Assembly: GCA_963717145.1 (NCBI GenBank)
Contig: OY970325.1
Location: 3,616,001 to 3,680,000, forward strand
Direction: 5' to 3'
Length of the DNA: 64,000 nucleotides
Source: an uncultured Armatimonadetes bacterium
GTDB lineage: Bacteria; Armatimonadota; UBA5829; DTJY01
The notes beneath the pieces are model-generated. The model saw only the letters and a list, made by a program, of their open reading frames with translations, was not told the origin of the DNA and did not search any database. A program made the translations under genes and the position numbers. This document shows positions 9,192-18,097 of the stretch, in pieces; position 1 is the first letter of the stretch; each line of letters opens with the position of its first letter.

Positions 9192-10586
9192 TCACGCCTG
9201 CTCGGACGACCGCGTGATCCGCCAATAGAACTCCCACACCGCCACCGCCATCACCGCCGACACGAATACCTTGAACGCACTGTCGATCGCAACCCTGAGC
9301 CACTCCACAGGCATCGGGGGAAACACCCTTGGATAACCGCTCGCGGCCAGTCCCCACGACAGGTTACCCACCGTAAGCACTGCACCCATGAAGCTGAGCC
9401 CCAGCGCGACGAACGATATCACGTCTCCCGAGCGCGCGAACCACTGGCGTGAACTCTCCTTGATCTCCTGCCAGGCGCCGGTGTCCCTGACAATCACAGC
9501 GAACGGGGCGAACATGGCCAGAATCTTCACTATGTCCAGGAGGTCCTGGATGATCCTCCCGACTGTGTTGGGCCAGCCGGCCCGGAAGTTGCTCCTCGTC
9601 AGGACCACCATACCGGGGATTCCCTCCCCCAGGAAGAATAGAAGGTAGAGGGCCGCCAGCAGCAGATAGACTCCGGCGACCGGCACGAGATATCGCACCA
9701 CGTCCTGCTGGAACGACTCGATATTGACCGGCTCGCCGCGTTTCATCCTGAGCAGAGAACCCCCGAGCCCAGCAACGAACGCTCCGCTGAAGAGCGTCCG
9801 CAGCACTATCCCGAGGCCGCTCGCCACCATTGACGTCACGAGGTATGCGGTACTCGGCCCGAACTCCGCCCCTGCGCGGGGAATACTCATGATCAGCTCC
9901 GTCAAGGGAAACGCGATGAACACTATGGATACCAGAGTCACGGGGAAGAGAGCCTTCCGCATCAGTACATACTGCGGCTCGTCAGGCAGAGACCTGAGTC
10001 GCCGGCTTAGCCATATCACGAGCGCCAACAGTATGACGGGCAGGAGTAACGCCGCGATCCCGTGTTCGCCGAGCCCCGAGGAAGGCAGGAATCTGCCCAT
10101 CGCCATGTTGACCGCCGACGACAGTTGCTTCGGCAGGACGAGTAGCCATTCCTCAACACTCCCGGGAAATCCAGGACTCCAACCGCTTGTAGTGAAATCG
10201 GAAAACTGGCGGAACCTTATGTACTCGAGCCACGTATTGATGCAGCCGGCAAGTACCGTCAACGCCAGCATTGCGCCGAACAGCCACAGGATCCATTTCT
10301 GCCGGAAGACCGTCTTGAGCGCATCGAGGTAGAGACGTGCAACGTCGTCCATAGTTGGGCGCTGGCTCCGCCCTGCCTCGTAGTACAAGGAAATCGGCAT
10401 CCGGAAGAAGCCGACCAGGAACACGATGCCAAGCGGTATGATCACCTGAAGAGCGCCGTACCAGTTGAAACCACGGCTCGGGTCCACGAAAGTACGGTGG
10501 TGTGGCCAAACCAGCCATATCCCAACCACCGCAAAAACCATCATCCAGATATTCACCCATGCGAATCTCTTGCTGTCCTCTGTCAT
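9192..10586 (-). CDS. Polytopic membrane protein, unknown function
   Basis: 464-aa ORF with ~10 hydrophobic segments; GGAGGG RBS. Confidence 0.7.
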   Translation of the reverse strand: MTEDSKRFAWVNIWMMVFAVVGIWLVWPHHRTFVDPSRGFNWYGALQVIIPLGIVFLVGFFRMPISLYYEAGRSQRPTMDDVARLYLDALKTVFRQKWILWLFGAMLALTVLAGCINTWLEYIRFRQFSDFTTSGWSPGFPGSVEEWLLVLPKQLSSAVNMAMGRFLPSSGLGEHGIAALLLPVILLALVIWLSRRLRSLPDEPQYVLMRKALFPVTLVSIVFIAFPLTELIMSIPRAGAEFGPSTAYLVTSMVASGLGIVLRTLFSGAFVAGLGGSLLRMKRGEPVNIESFQQDVVRYLVPVAGVYLLLAALYLLFFLGEGIPGMVVLTRSNFRAGWPNTVGRIIQDLLDIVKILAMFAPFAVIVRDTGAWQEIKESSRQWFARSGDVISFVALGLSFMGAVLTVGNLSWGLAASGYPRVFPPMPVEWLRVAIDSAFKVFVSAVMAVAVWEFYWRITRSSEQA

Positions 10587-10606
10587 ATCAGTTCACCCTC
10601 CGGTTC

Positions 10607-10632
10607 AGACACTCAAGCGGGCAATTGGTTGC
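10607..10632 (-). promoter_or_regulatory. ECF-type promoter
   Basis: GCAAC-N17-GTCT, 20 nt upstream of start 10586. Confidence 0.6.
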
Positions 10633-10903
10633 ACGGCATCATCACTATAGCGGAAAGATCGAGTGGTGTAAACAGAAAAGAGGCGGCAGTGAAGCAAGTC
10701 CACTGCCGCCGAGAGCATGAGGAAGGCAAGGGGCAACGACGGTTGCCCGATCGCGCATAAAGCGCACTGCATGGCACTTGTACCCCTGGAGTGGAAGTGC
10801 TCAAACATCCTCCAAGGAAATAGTTCCCGACACTACTTGGGCTGATGCATTCAGGCGACGGATGCTAGCTTGGTCAAAGGGATTAGAGGGCAAGGGATAG
10901 GCG

Positions 10904-11488
10904 TCAGTGGCCGAGAAGTGGCTCGATCTCACGCTCAAGGCGCTTCTGCATATCGGGGTAGAAGCCCACGATGGTCTTAACCGCATTCCCCTCCGTGTCG
11001 AGGATGACCAACGTGGGGAGACCGGTGACCTCGTACTTCGCGGCGACGGATCCATCCGCGTCGAGCAGAATCTCCGCCTTGAAGCTGTTCTGTTTGGCGA
11101 ATTTCTCCACAACTGACTGGCTCTCCCGTTCGTTGATGCCGATTACCGTTACATCACGGGACGCGTATTGCTTCTCGATCGCGCCGAGTATGGGGATCAA
11201 CTTCTTGCACTCGGCGCACCAGGTCGCCCAGAAGTCGAGGATGACCACCTGTCCCCTGAAATCAGCGAGCGAGACTCCCGTCCCATCGAGGGATTCGAGT
11301 GTGAAACCATGGGTAGCGTCGGAGACCGGACCGGTCGCCTTCGGGCTCGGCAGTCCTCACGTCCCGCCGGGCGACTCGCAGTCCTGATCCGGGTATGGGG
11401 CACTCGTGATCTGAATCATGTACACGAACAGCGCCAGCATCAACATTACGACGAATATGCCGAGATACAGCCTGGTTGACTTGTTCAA
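10904..11488 (-). CDS. Membrane-anchored TlpA/ResA-like thiol-disulfide oxidoreductase with in-frame TGA at codon 44 (candidate selenocysteine)
   Basis: GAGGTGG RBS, TTG start 11488, TM helix, DCESPGGT-TGA-GLP in frame with FTLESLDG...VILDFWATWCAEC...GLPTLV. Confidence 0.75.
11321..11339 (-). promoter_or_regulatory. SECIS-like stem-loop downstream of in-frame UGA
   Basis: GG-C-GACC-GGUCC-GGUC-U-CC beginning 17 nt after the UGA (11357-11359); G-initiated apical loop containing GGUC. Confidence 0.5.
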
Positions 11489-11528
11489 TTGAACCACCTC
11501 GTTCCGAGCGCGTAGCGTTCATTGCACA

Positions 11529-11554
11529 AGACGATATACCAGCAGGGGAGTTCC
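11529..11554 (-). promoter_or_regulatory. ECF-type promoter
   Basis: GGAAC-N17-GTCT, 40 nt upstream of TTG 11488. Confidence 0.6.
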
Positions 11555-11556
11555 CA

Positions 11557-11730
11557 GAAACACGAATGACACGAATGTTCGAGAAAACAGGGAAACGTGC
11601 GGTATTCGCATCCCATTCGTGTTCGGTCACCGGAGCAGAATGACCTTTCGCCCTCTATCCCCAAGTGCTCGCCCGCCGCAACGCTGGGTGCCTTTCCCCC
11701 ATATTCGTCCATTCGTGTTATTCGTGTTTC
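11557..11730. repeat. Inverted short tandem repeats (CACGAAT / ATTCGTG)
   Basis: AAACACGAATGACACGAATG versus ATTCGTCCATTCGTGTTATTCGTGTTT; overlaps the thuA stop. Confidence 0.6.
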
Positions 11731-12458
11731 CCCAGCACTTCGAGAGGCTGACGGTTGCCGAACGTCGGAACCGGCGTGCTGCCCGGTGCGGCCCAGCGGA
11801 CGGCGTTCTCGATCACCTTCAGGACGTTCGCATCCTTGTAGGTCGGGTAGCTCTCGTGGCCCGGCCGGAAGTAGAAGACCTTGCCCCGGCCCCGATGCCA
11901 GCAGCAGCCGCTCCGGAAGACCTCGCCGCCCTGGAACCAGCTGATCAGGACCAGCTCGTCCGGCTGCGGGATGTCGAACCGCTCGCCGTACATCTCCTCC
12001 CGGGGCAGCTCGAAGTACGCGCCGAGGCCCTCCGCGATCGGATGACCCGGATCGATGACCCACAGGCGCTCCTTCTCGTCGGCCTCGCGCCAGTTCAGGT
12101 TGCACGTCGTGCCCATCAGCCGCTGGAATATCTTCGAGAAGTGGCCGGAGTGCAGGACGATCAGGCCCATGCCCTCCAGCACCCTCTGCTGGACCTTGCC
12201 CACGATCTCGTCGGCGACCTCACCATGCGCCATGTGCCCCCACCAGGTCATGACATCGGTCTCGGCGAGGACTTTGTCGGTGAGGCCGTGCTCCGGCTCG
12301 TCGAGCGTGGCGGTCCGGACCTTCATGTCCGGCTGCTTCTTGAGGTATGAAGCGATCGCCTCGTGCATCCCCGTGGGATAGATCGTGCTCGCGGGATGGT
12401 CGTCATGCTTCTCATGCCGAAACTCGTTCCAGACGGTGACTCGGATTGTCTTGCTCAT
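11718..12458 (-). CDS. thuA: ThuA (trehalose utilisation) family protein
   Basis: [56 protein letters not shown]. Confidence 0.9.
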   Translation of the reverse strand: MSKTIRVTVWNEFRHEKHDDHPASTIYPTGMHEAIASYLKKQPDMKVRTATLDEPEHGLTDKVLAETDVMTWWGHMAHGEVADEIVGKVQQRVLEGMGLIVLHSGHFSKIFQRLMGTTCNLNWREADEKERLWVIDPGHPIAEGLGAYFELPREEMYGERFDIPQPDELVLISWFQGGEVFRSGCCWHRGRGKVFYFRPGHESYPTYKDANVLKVIENAVRWAAPGSTPVPTFGNRQPLEVLGKHE

Positions 12459-12498
12459 GGTTTGCCCTCTTTTCGCCGGTATTAGCCCGCATTATTCG

Positions 12499-12576
12499 TG
12501 TCATTCTGAGCTTGTCGAAGAATCTGGCGTTTGCAGTGCCTGGCCAGCCAGATTCTTCGACAAGCTCAGAATGACA
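12499..12576. repeat. Palindromic repeat, TGTCATTCTGA...GAAGAATC family
   Basis: Perfect 30-bp inverted repeat; related copy at 28975-29043. Confidence 0.85.
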
Positions 12577-12659
12577 GCCTGCGCCGACTTGAGCAGGTCA
12601 CGAATAGTGCGGGATTAGGGAATCTGTTCTGCCAGGAGCAGGACATATCCTGCTGAGCA

Positions 12660-13967
12660 CTACCTGTCCCACATCAGCACGATATCGCCCTTGCTGTCGA
12701 GTTGCACGTGGTCTCCCAGAGAGCGTCCGCCGTCATCCTTCATGTCCGGCCCGACGCTGTAGAGCATGAACCCCTTCATCTGCCGCTTGTAGATGAAGTC
12801 CTTCTCGCTGAACGGATCCACCGGCAGCTTCCATCCGAGCTTCGACTTCAACTCCCCCATCGTCGCCGGGTATCCGCCATACCGCGCCTTGTACGCCTGG
12901 AGCCCAAGGAAGACCTGGGTCCGTGCCAGCTTCTCCTCGGTGGTGTAGCGCATCAGTCCGGTGCTGCTGCCCCCGCCCATCTTGGACATCACAGCATAAA
13001 ACGGTACGTCCGGCTCATCGAACAGGCCGCTCTTCTTCGCCTGCCGGAAACCCAGTTGCACGCCATCAACCTGTCGGGCGAAAAGACCGAGATACACGGC
13101 CAGGTCACCACGAAGGAAGGTATTGGAGTAGAGCGATACAAGACCACCGGCAACCGGCTTGGGCACCGAACCGGTACCACCCGACATGGCCGACTGCGCG
13201 AAGCGCTCCGGGCTGTTCAAGTGGATGACGTAGACTCGCTCTCCCAGCCACGCCCGCTTGAATCCCTGGGCGACATCGATATCCCCTGCAGACTCGAACA
13301 GCCGGCGCGCCTGCTCCTCGGTCATGTTGCCGTATAGGAGAGCATCCTCGATAGCCTTGATAGCTATAAACATTACTCCAATCCGCACCAACTGGTGGAT
13401 GATGAACGGTTGACTCTCCATCGACTTCGCCATCCTGAACATGGTGTCTATGTCATCAACGGCCTGCGCCATGTCCCCATTCCGAGCGCTTATCCTCGCA
13501 CGGATGTGCTCCACACGGGCGAGATTCTTTATCTCCGTCACATAGCGGGGGAACAGTAAGGTATGATCATTCGACCAGTCGATCGCGAACCCGCATCTGG
13601 GCATGGACGCCGCCTGGTCGGTCAGTGCGAGCACCGTGCCACACTGTACGAGCGCCCGCTCGGCCTCACGCCACTTAGCCGGACCGGCGGTGCGCATGTC
13701 GAGGGTGAAGAGCACTTTCCTCTGGGATTCGATGGAGGGATCGTCGAGCGCGTTGAATGCCTGCTCGTAGACCACTGCGGCGTTCTCTGCATCGGGGATC
13801 GGCGGCCCCACGAGGTCCTGGGGAGTCACCGGCTCACCCCTCGACCTGATCGCGGCGATCTCGGCCTGGTAGCGACCGCCGAATACCGCCCCCGCGACGA
13901 TTGCGGCCCCGAGTACGAGGACCACCAGCGCGAGTGCGATTATGCCAACCCATGCGAGCTTCTTCAT
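12660..13967 (-). CDS. Array paralog A: N-terminal TM anchor, helical body, GspG/T2SS-G-like C-terminal domain
   Basis: MKKLAWVG + TM; ENAAVVY; C-terminal AYKARYGGYPATMGEL...LPVDPF...FIY...MLYSVGPDMKDDGG...GDI. Confidence 0.75.
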   Translation of the reverse strand: MKKLAWVGIIALALVVLVLGAAIVAGAVFGGRYQAEIAAIRSRGEPVTPQDLVGPPIPDAENAAVVYEQAFNALDDPSIESQRKVLFTLDMRTAGPAKWREAERALVQCGTVLALTDQAASMPRCGFAIDWSNDHTLLFPRYVTEIKNLARVEHIRARISARNGDMAQAVDDIDTMFRMAKSMESQPFIIHQLVRIGVMFIAIKAIEDALLYGNMTEEQARRLFESAGDIDVAQGFKRAWLGERVYVIHLNSPERFAQSAMSGGTGSVPKPVAGGLVSLYSNTFLRGDLAVYLGLFARQVDGVQLGFRQAKKSGLFDEPDVPFYAVMSKMGGGSSTGLMRYTTEEKLARTQVFLGLQAYKARYGGYPATMGELKSKLGWKLPVDPFSEKDFIYKRQMKGFMLYSVGPDMKDDGGRSLGDHVQLDSKGDIVLMWDR

Positions 13968-13978
13968 AGTTTCACCAA

Positions 13979-15279
13979 TCACTTGTCCCACATCAGAACT
14001 ATATCTCCCTTGCTGTCGAGTTCCACTGAGTTGCTCGAGAGCGCCCGACTGCCGCCGTCGTCCTTCATGTCCGGCCCGACGCTGTAGAGCATGAACCCCT
14101 TCGTCTGCTTCTTGTAGACGAAGTCCTTCTCGCTGAACGGATCCACCGGCAGCTTCCATCCGAGCTTCGACTTCAACTCCCGCATCGACGCCGGGTACCC
14201 GCCATACCGCGCCTTGTACGCCTGGACCGCGAGGAAGACCCGGGTCTGTGCAAGCCTTTCCTCGGCTCGGAAGCGCGTGAACGATACTCTTGCAAAAACA
14301 GGAGACAATATCTTCGAGATGATCGCATACATAGGGAAACTCGGAGCAGCGAGCAGGCCTTTCGCCTTGGCCCCACGGTAACTCAGCGGGATGCCGTCCA
14401 ATTGCGTGGCCATAAACCCCAGGTATTCCGCCCTGTCGCCCTTCAGAACCGTGTTCGCGTACAGGGTGTCGAAGGGCAGTGACGGAGAGATCCCCCGGGA
14501 GTCCCTCCCCCTGCTGTTCTCGGATCGACGCTCAGGAAATGGACTCTCTCGCCGAGCCACGATTGCCTGAACCCCTGCGCCAAATCGATGCTCCCCAGCG
14601 CGTCATAGAGTCGTCGTGCTTCGGGTTCCGAGAGGTCACCGTAGCGCGCCGTGTCCTTGAGCGATTCAGAGGCGATGTCAATCAGAGCCACTCGAACAAG
14701 CTGTGCGATCAATGAACTGCCCGACTCCATCTGATCGGCCATGCGAAACTGCATGGCAACGTCGTCTGCGGCGGCGGCCATGTCGCCCGATTGGGCATGA
14801 ACTATGGACCTTCCCCTGAGAAGGCGGCACATGCCCCTGATTGCCGAGAACTGCTTGAAATCCGTCTGACCTGTGGCCGGATCGGGGTAAATCTGGTGTC
14901 TTGGCTTTGATACGGCCTCTGCCGTGAGTTCGAGGAGCGGCCCCGCGTGTGCGACCGCCTTCGCCAGTTTCCCCTTTGTGGCGGCATCCATCGGCGCCCC
15001 GCGCAGGTGCACTACCTTGTCGACCGCCTCGTAGTCGCTCTTGTAGTTGCCCGTCGCTGTCCGGCGGCCTATCTCGTCATAGATGACGGCGGCGTTGTCC
15101 GAGGCAGGAATCGGGGGCCCGAGCAGCTCATTCCAGGTGAGCGGCTCTCCCTTCGCCTTGATGGCGGCGATCTCGGCATCATATCGGCTGCCGAAGATGG
15201 CCTTGGTGACGCCTGCGGCCCCGAGAACGAGAATGACCAACGCGAACACGACTATGCCGATCCATGCGAGTTTCTTCAC
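13979..15279 (-). CDS. Array paralog B, apparent frameshift near 14480-14530
   Basis: ORFs 14443-15279 and 13979-14560 join into a full paralog. Confidence 0.7.
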
Positions 15280-15305
15280 AGTTCACCGATCCCTTTCCAC
15301 ACCGA

Positions 15306-16607
15306 TCACCTATCCCACTTCAGCACGATATCGCCCTTGCTCTCAAGTTCGACCACGTTGCCCTGGATCGGCCGCCCGCCGTCATCCTTCATGTCCGGCC
15401 CGACACTGTAGAGCATGAACCCCTTGGCCTGCTTCTTGTAGATGAAGTCCTTCTCGTTGAACGGATCCACCGGCAGCTTCCACCCGAGCTTCGATTTCAA
15501 CTCTGCGATCGACGCCGGGTATCCGCCGAACCGCGCCTTGTGCGCCTGGAGCGCGAGGAACACGCGCGTCCGAGCCAGATTCTCCTCGGTACTATAACGC
15601 GCCGGTCCGATGATGGCTGCAACGCCGAAGAATACCGTATCCGGCGGGTCGAACAGGCCTCTGAGCTTCGCTTGCCGGAAACTCAGCCTGACGCCGTCCA
15701 CTTGCGGGTTCAGGATCCGTAGGTAGACGGCCAGGTCCCGGCACAGGAGGGTATGCGAGTAGAGCGACGCCATACCTACGGCCAATGGTCTGGGAACCGA
15801 GCCGGTGCCGGCCGAGGTAGCCATCTTCGGGAAGCTCTCGGGGCCGTACGTGCGCATCGCATGCACTCGCTCGCCACGCCACGCCCACCTGAACCCTTCG
15901 GCAATATCGATACTTCCGGCCACCCTGAACAGCCTTAGAGCCTGCTCCTCGGTGATGCCCCCGTACTGGAGACTGCCCTCGAGCGCCTTGGTAGCCGTGG
16001 ACAGCAGCAGGGCTCGGGTCAGTTGGGGGCGCATCATCGGCGAGTACTGCATCGACTTCACCATCCCAAAGAGGGCAACAATGTCGTCGACGGCTTCCGA
16101 GATGCTGCCGTCGTGAGCCTTCACCAGGGCGTCTTTGTACTCGATGCGCGCGAGACTGCGCATCCTTGACATGAACTTCGCCGCAGTCGCGTCCATGTCG
16201 TTCGACCAATCCAATTGGAAACGGCAGCGAGGCATCGCTGCTGCTCGGCGAGTGAGCGCAAGCACGCCATGAAGCTCGGACAGCTCCGTCTGTACTTCCC
16301 GCCACTTGGCAGCATTGTTCGGAGCGATTGAGGACATATTCAGCCCGTCCAACCGCCTGAAGTGCGGCATGACGCCGGGTCTTTCGAGTTCATCGATCGC
16401 CTGCTGGTATACCAGGGCGGCGTTCTCGGCATCGGGGATGGGTCTTCCCGCCAGTTCTGCCGGAGTGGTCGGCTCGCCCTTCGCCTTGATCGCGGCGATC
16501 TCGGCGTCGAACCGATTGCCGAAGATCGCCTTGGAGATGCCGAATGCACCGCCGACCAGCAGGATCAGGGCGAGCAGGATCAAACCGAGCCACATAAGCT
16601 TCTTCAA
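15306..16607 (-). CDS. Array paralog C
   Basis: 433-aa ORF collinear with A and B; AGGAGG RBS. Confidence 0.75.
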   Translation of the reverse strand: MKKLMWLGLILLALILLVGGAFGISKAIFGNRFDAEIAAIKAKGEPTTPAELAGRPIPDAENAALVYQQAIDELERPGVMPHFRRLDGLNMSSIAPNNAAKWREVQTELSELHGVLALTRRAAAMPRCRFQLDWSNDMDATAAKFMSRMRSLARIEYKDALVKAHDGSISEAVDDIVALFGMVKSMQYSPMMRPQLTRALLLSTATKALEGSLQYGGITEEQALRLFRVAGSIDIAEGFRWAWRGERVHAMRTYGPESFPKMATSAGTGSVPRPLAVGMASLYSHTLLCRDLAVYLRILNPQVDGVRLSFRQAKLRGLFDPPDTVFFGVAAIIGPARYSTEENLARTRVFLALQAHKARFGGYPASIAELKSKLGWKLPVDPFNEKDFIYKKQAKGFMLYSVGPDMKDDGGRPIQGNVVELESKGDIVLKWDR

Positions 16608-16644
16608 GGCGGGCCTCCTTTGCGGTGGATGGGTCCATTATAGT

Positions 16645-16670
16645 AGACACGGAGGGAAAGGGGAAGTTGC
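16645..16670 (-). promoter_or_regulatory. ECF-type promoter with adjacent TATAAT
   Basis: GCAAC-N17-GTCTACTATAAT; near-duplicate at 18059-18084. Confidence 0.6.
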
Positions 16671-16687
16671 TTCCCGGATGCCGACGA

Positions 16688-18018
16688 TCACCTGTTCCAT
16701 CTCAGGACGATGTCGCCCTTGCTCTCAAGCTCGACCAAGTTGCCCTGGATCGGCTGCCCGCCGTCGTCATTCATGTCCGGCCCGACGCTGTAGAGGATGA
16801 ATCCCTTCGTCTGCTTCTTGTAGATGAAGTCCTTCCCGGTGAACGGGTCCACCGGCAGCTTCCATCCGAGCTTAGACTTCAGTTCCTGGATCGACGACGG
16901 GTATCCGCCGAACCGCGCCTTGTACGCCAGGAGTGCGAGGAGTACCTGGTCGCAGGTTATCATCCGACTCTTTGCTTCGAAGCGGCGGAACTGCAGCGTG
17001 CCGAGGTGACTGCCACACATCTCCGACAACATCGCATAGACCGGCCAGGCGGAACGATTGTGGAAGAGCCCTCGCGATCGAGCTTCCTTGTAGCTCAATC
17101 TCACACCCTCGATCTGCGTGGCCATGAACCTCAGCCAGTCAGCCCGATCGCCCCTGGGACAGGCTTCGTCATACGCAAGGCCTGCCACTCTGCTCACTGC
17201 GGTACCGATGACATTGTCGGAAATACTCTTGGGTAGAGAGTCCTGAACCAGCGACCATCCCGGCATACTTGCCGCCTGCTCCAGCAGGATGATTCTCTCC
17301 CCTTGAAGGGCGATGATGTATTGGGCATCCATATCGATGTTGGCCAGCACGTCGAACACGCCCTTTGACTGCTGTTCAGAGACATTCACTTGCCTGAATG
17401 CATCGCGCATAGCACTTGAGGCGATCTGCAGAATTGCCTCCCGCACCAGAACATCCATGATGGTGGGCCGGTCCTTTCGGGAATCGGCGTGCATGAATCC
17501 GAGCCTTGCGTACCTGACAGCGTCATCGGTGCGTCCCTCCCGCTCACACAGCTTCGTAGTGGCAAGTATCAACCGTGCAATACTTCTGAGACGGGCGTTC
17601 TCCGGGGGCAGCGCGAAATCCGACGGATTCATCGGGAATCGGCACCTTGGACGAGATGCGGCTTCCTCCACCATGTCCAGAACCGGCCGTATTTGCGTGA
17701 ATGCCTGTCGAGCCTTCGTCAGCAACTGCGGGTCCGGTGAGCCCGAATAGGCGAATTCCTCCAAGGCTTTCTGCGGAGCATCGTACTTGCCGCTGTCCAT
17801 GAGAGTGAAGACCCTCTCGTAGACCACTGCGCCATTATCGGCGTCCGGGATCGGCTTGCCGATGAGGTCGGCGGGCGTGATCGGCTCGCCCTTCGCCTTG
17901 ATCGCAGTGATCTCGGCGTTATAGCGGCTGTTGAAGATGGCCTTGGCGCCCGTCCGATGCCGAGAACCAGGATCACCAACGCGAGCACTATCATGCCGTG
18001 CCATCGAAATCTCTTCAA
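16688..18018 (-). CDS. Array paralog D, apparent frameshift near 17950
   Basis: TTG start LKRFRWHGMIVLALVILV in one frame, AKAIFNSRYNAEI...LYSVGPDMNDDGG in the next. Confidence 0.7.
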
Positions 18019-18058
18019 TGTGCGCAATCTCCTTTGCGATGGATGACTCCATTATAGT

Positions 18059-18084
18059 AGACACCGTGGAAAAGGGGAAGTTGC
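18059..18084 (-). promoter_or_regulatory. ECF-type promoter with adjacent TATAAT
   Basis: GCAAC-N17-GTCTACTATAAT. Confidence 0.6.
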
Positions 18085-18097
18085 ACCAGGGGGTCGG

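Noticed and set aside
12660-18018. Diversity-generating retroelement TR/VR pairs at the near-identical 3' ends
   Set aside because: Mismatches are not adenine-specific, all copies are coding, and no reverse transcriptase is in the window
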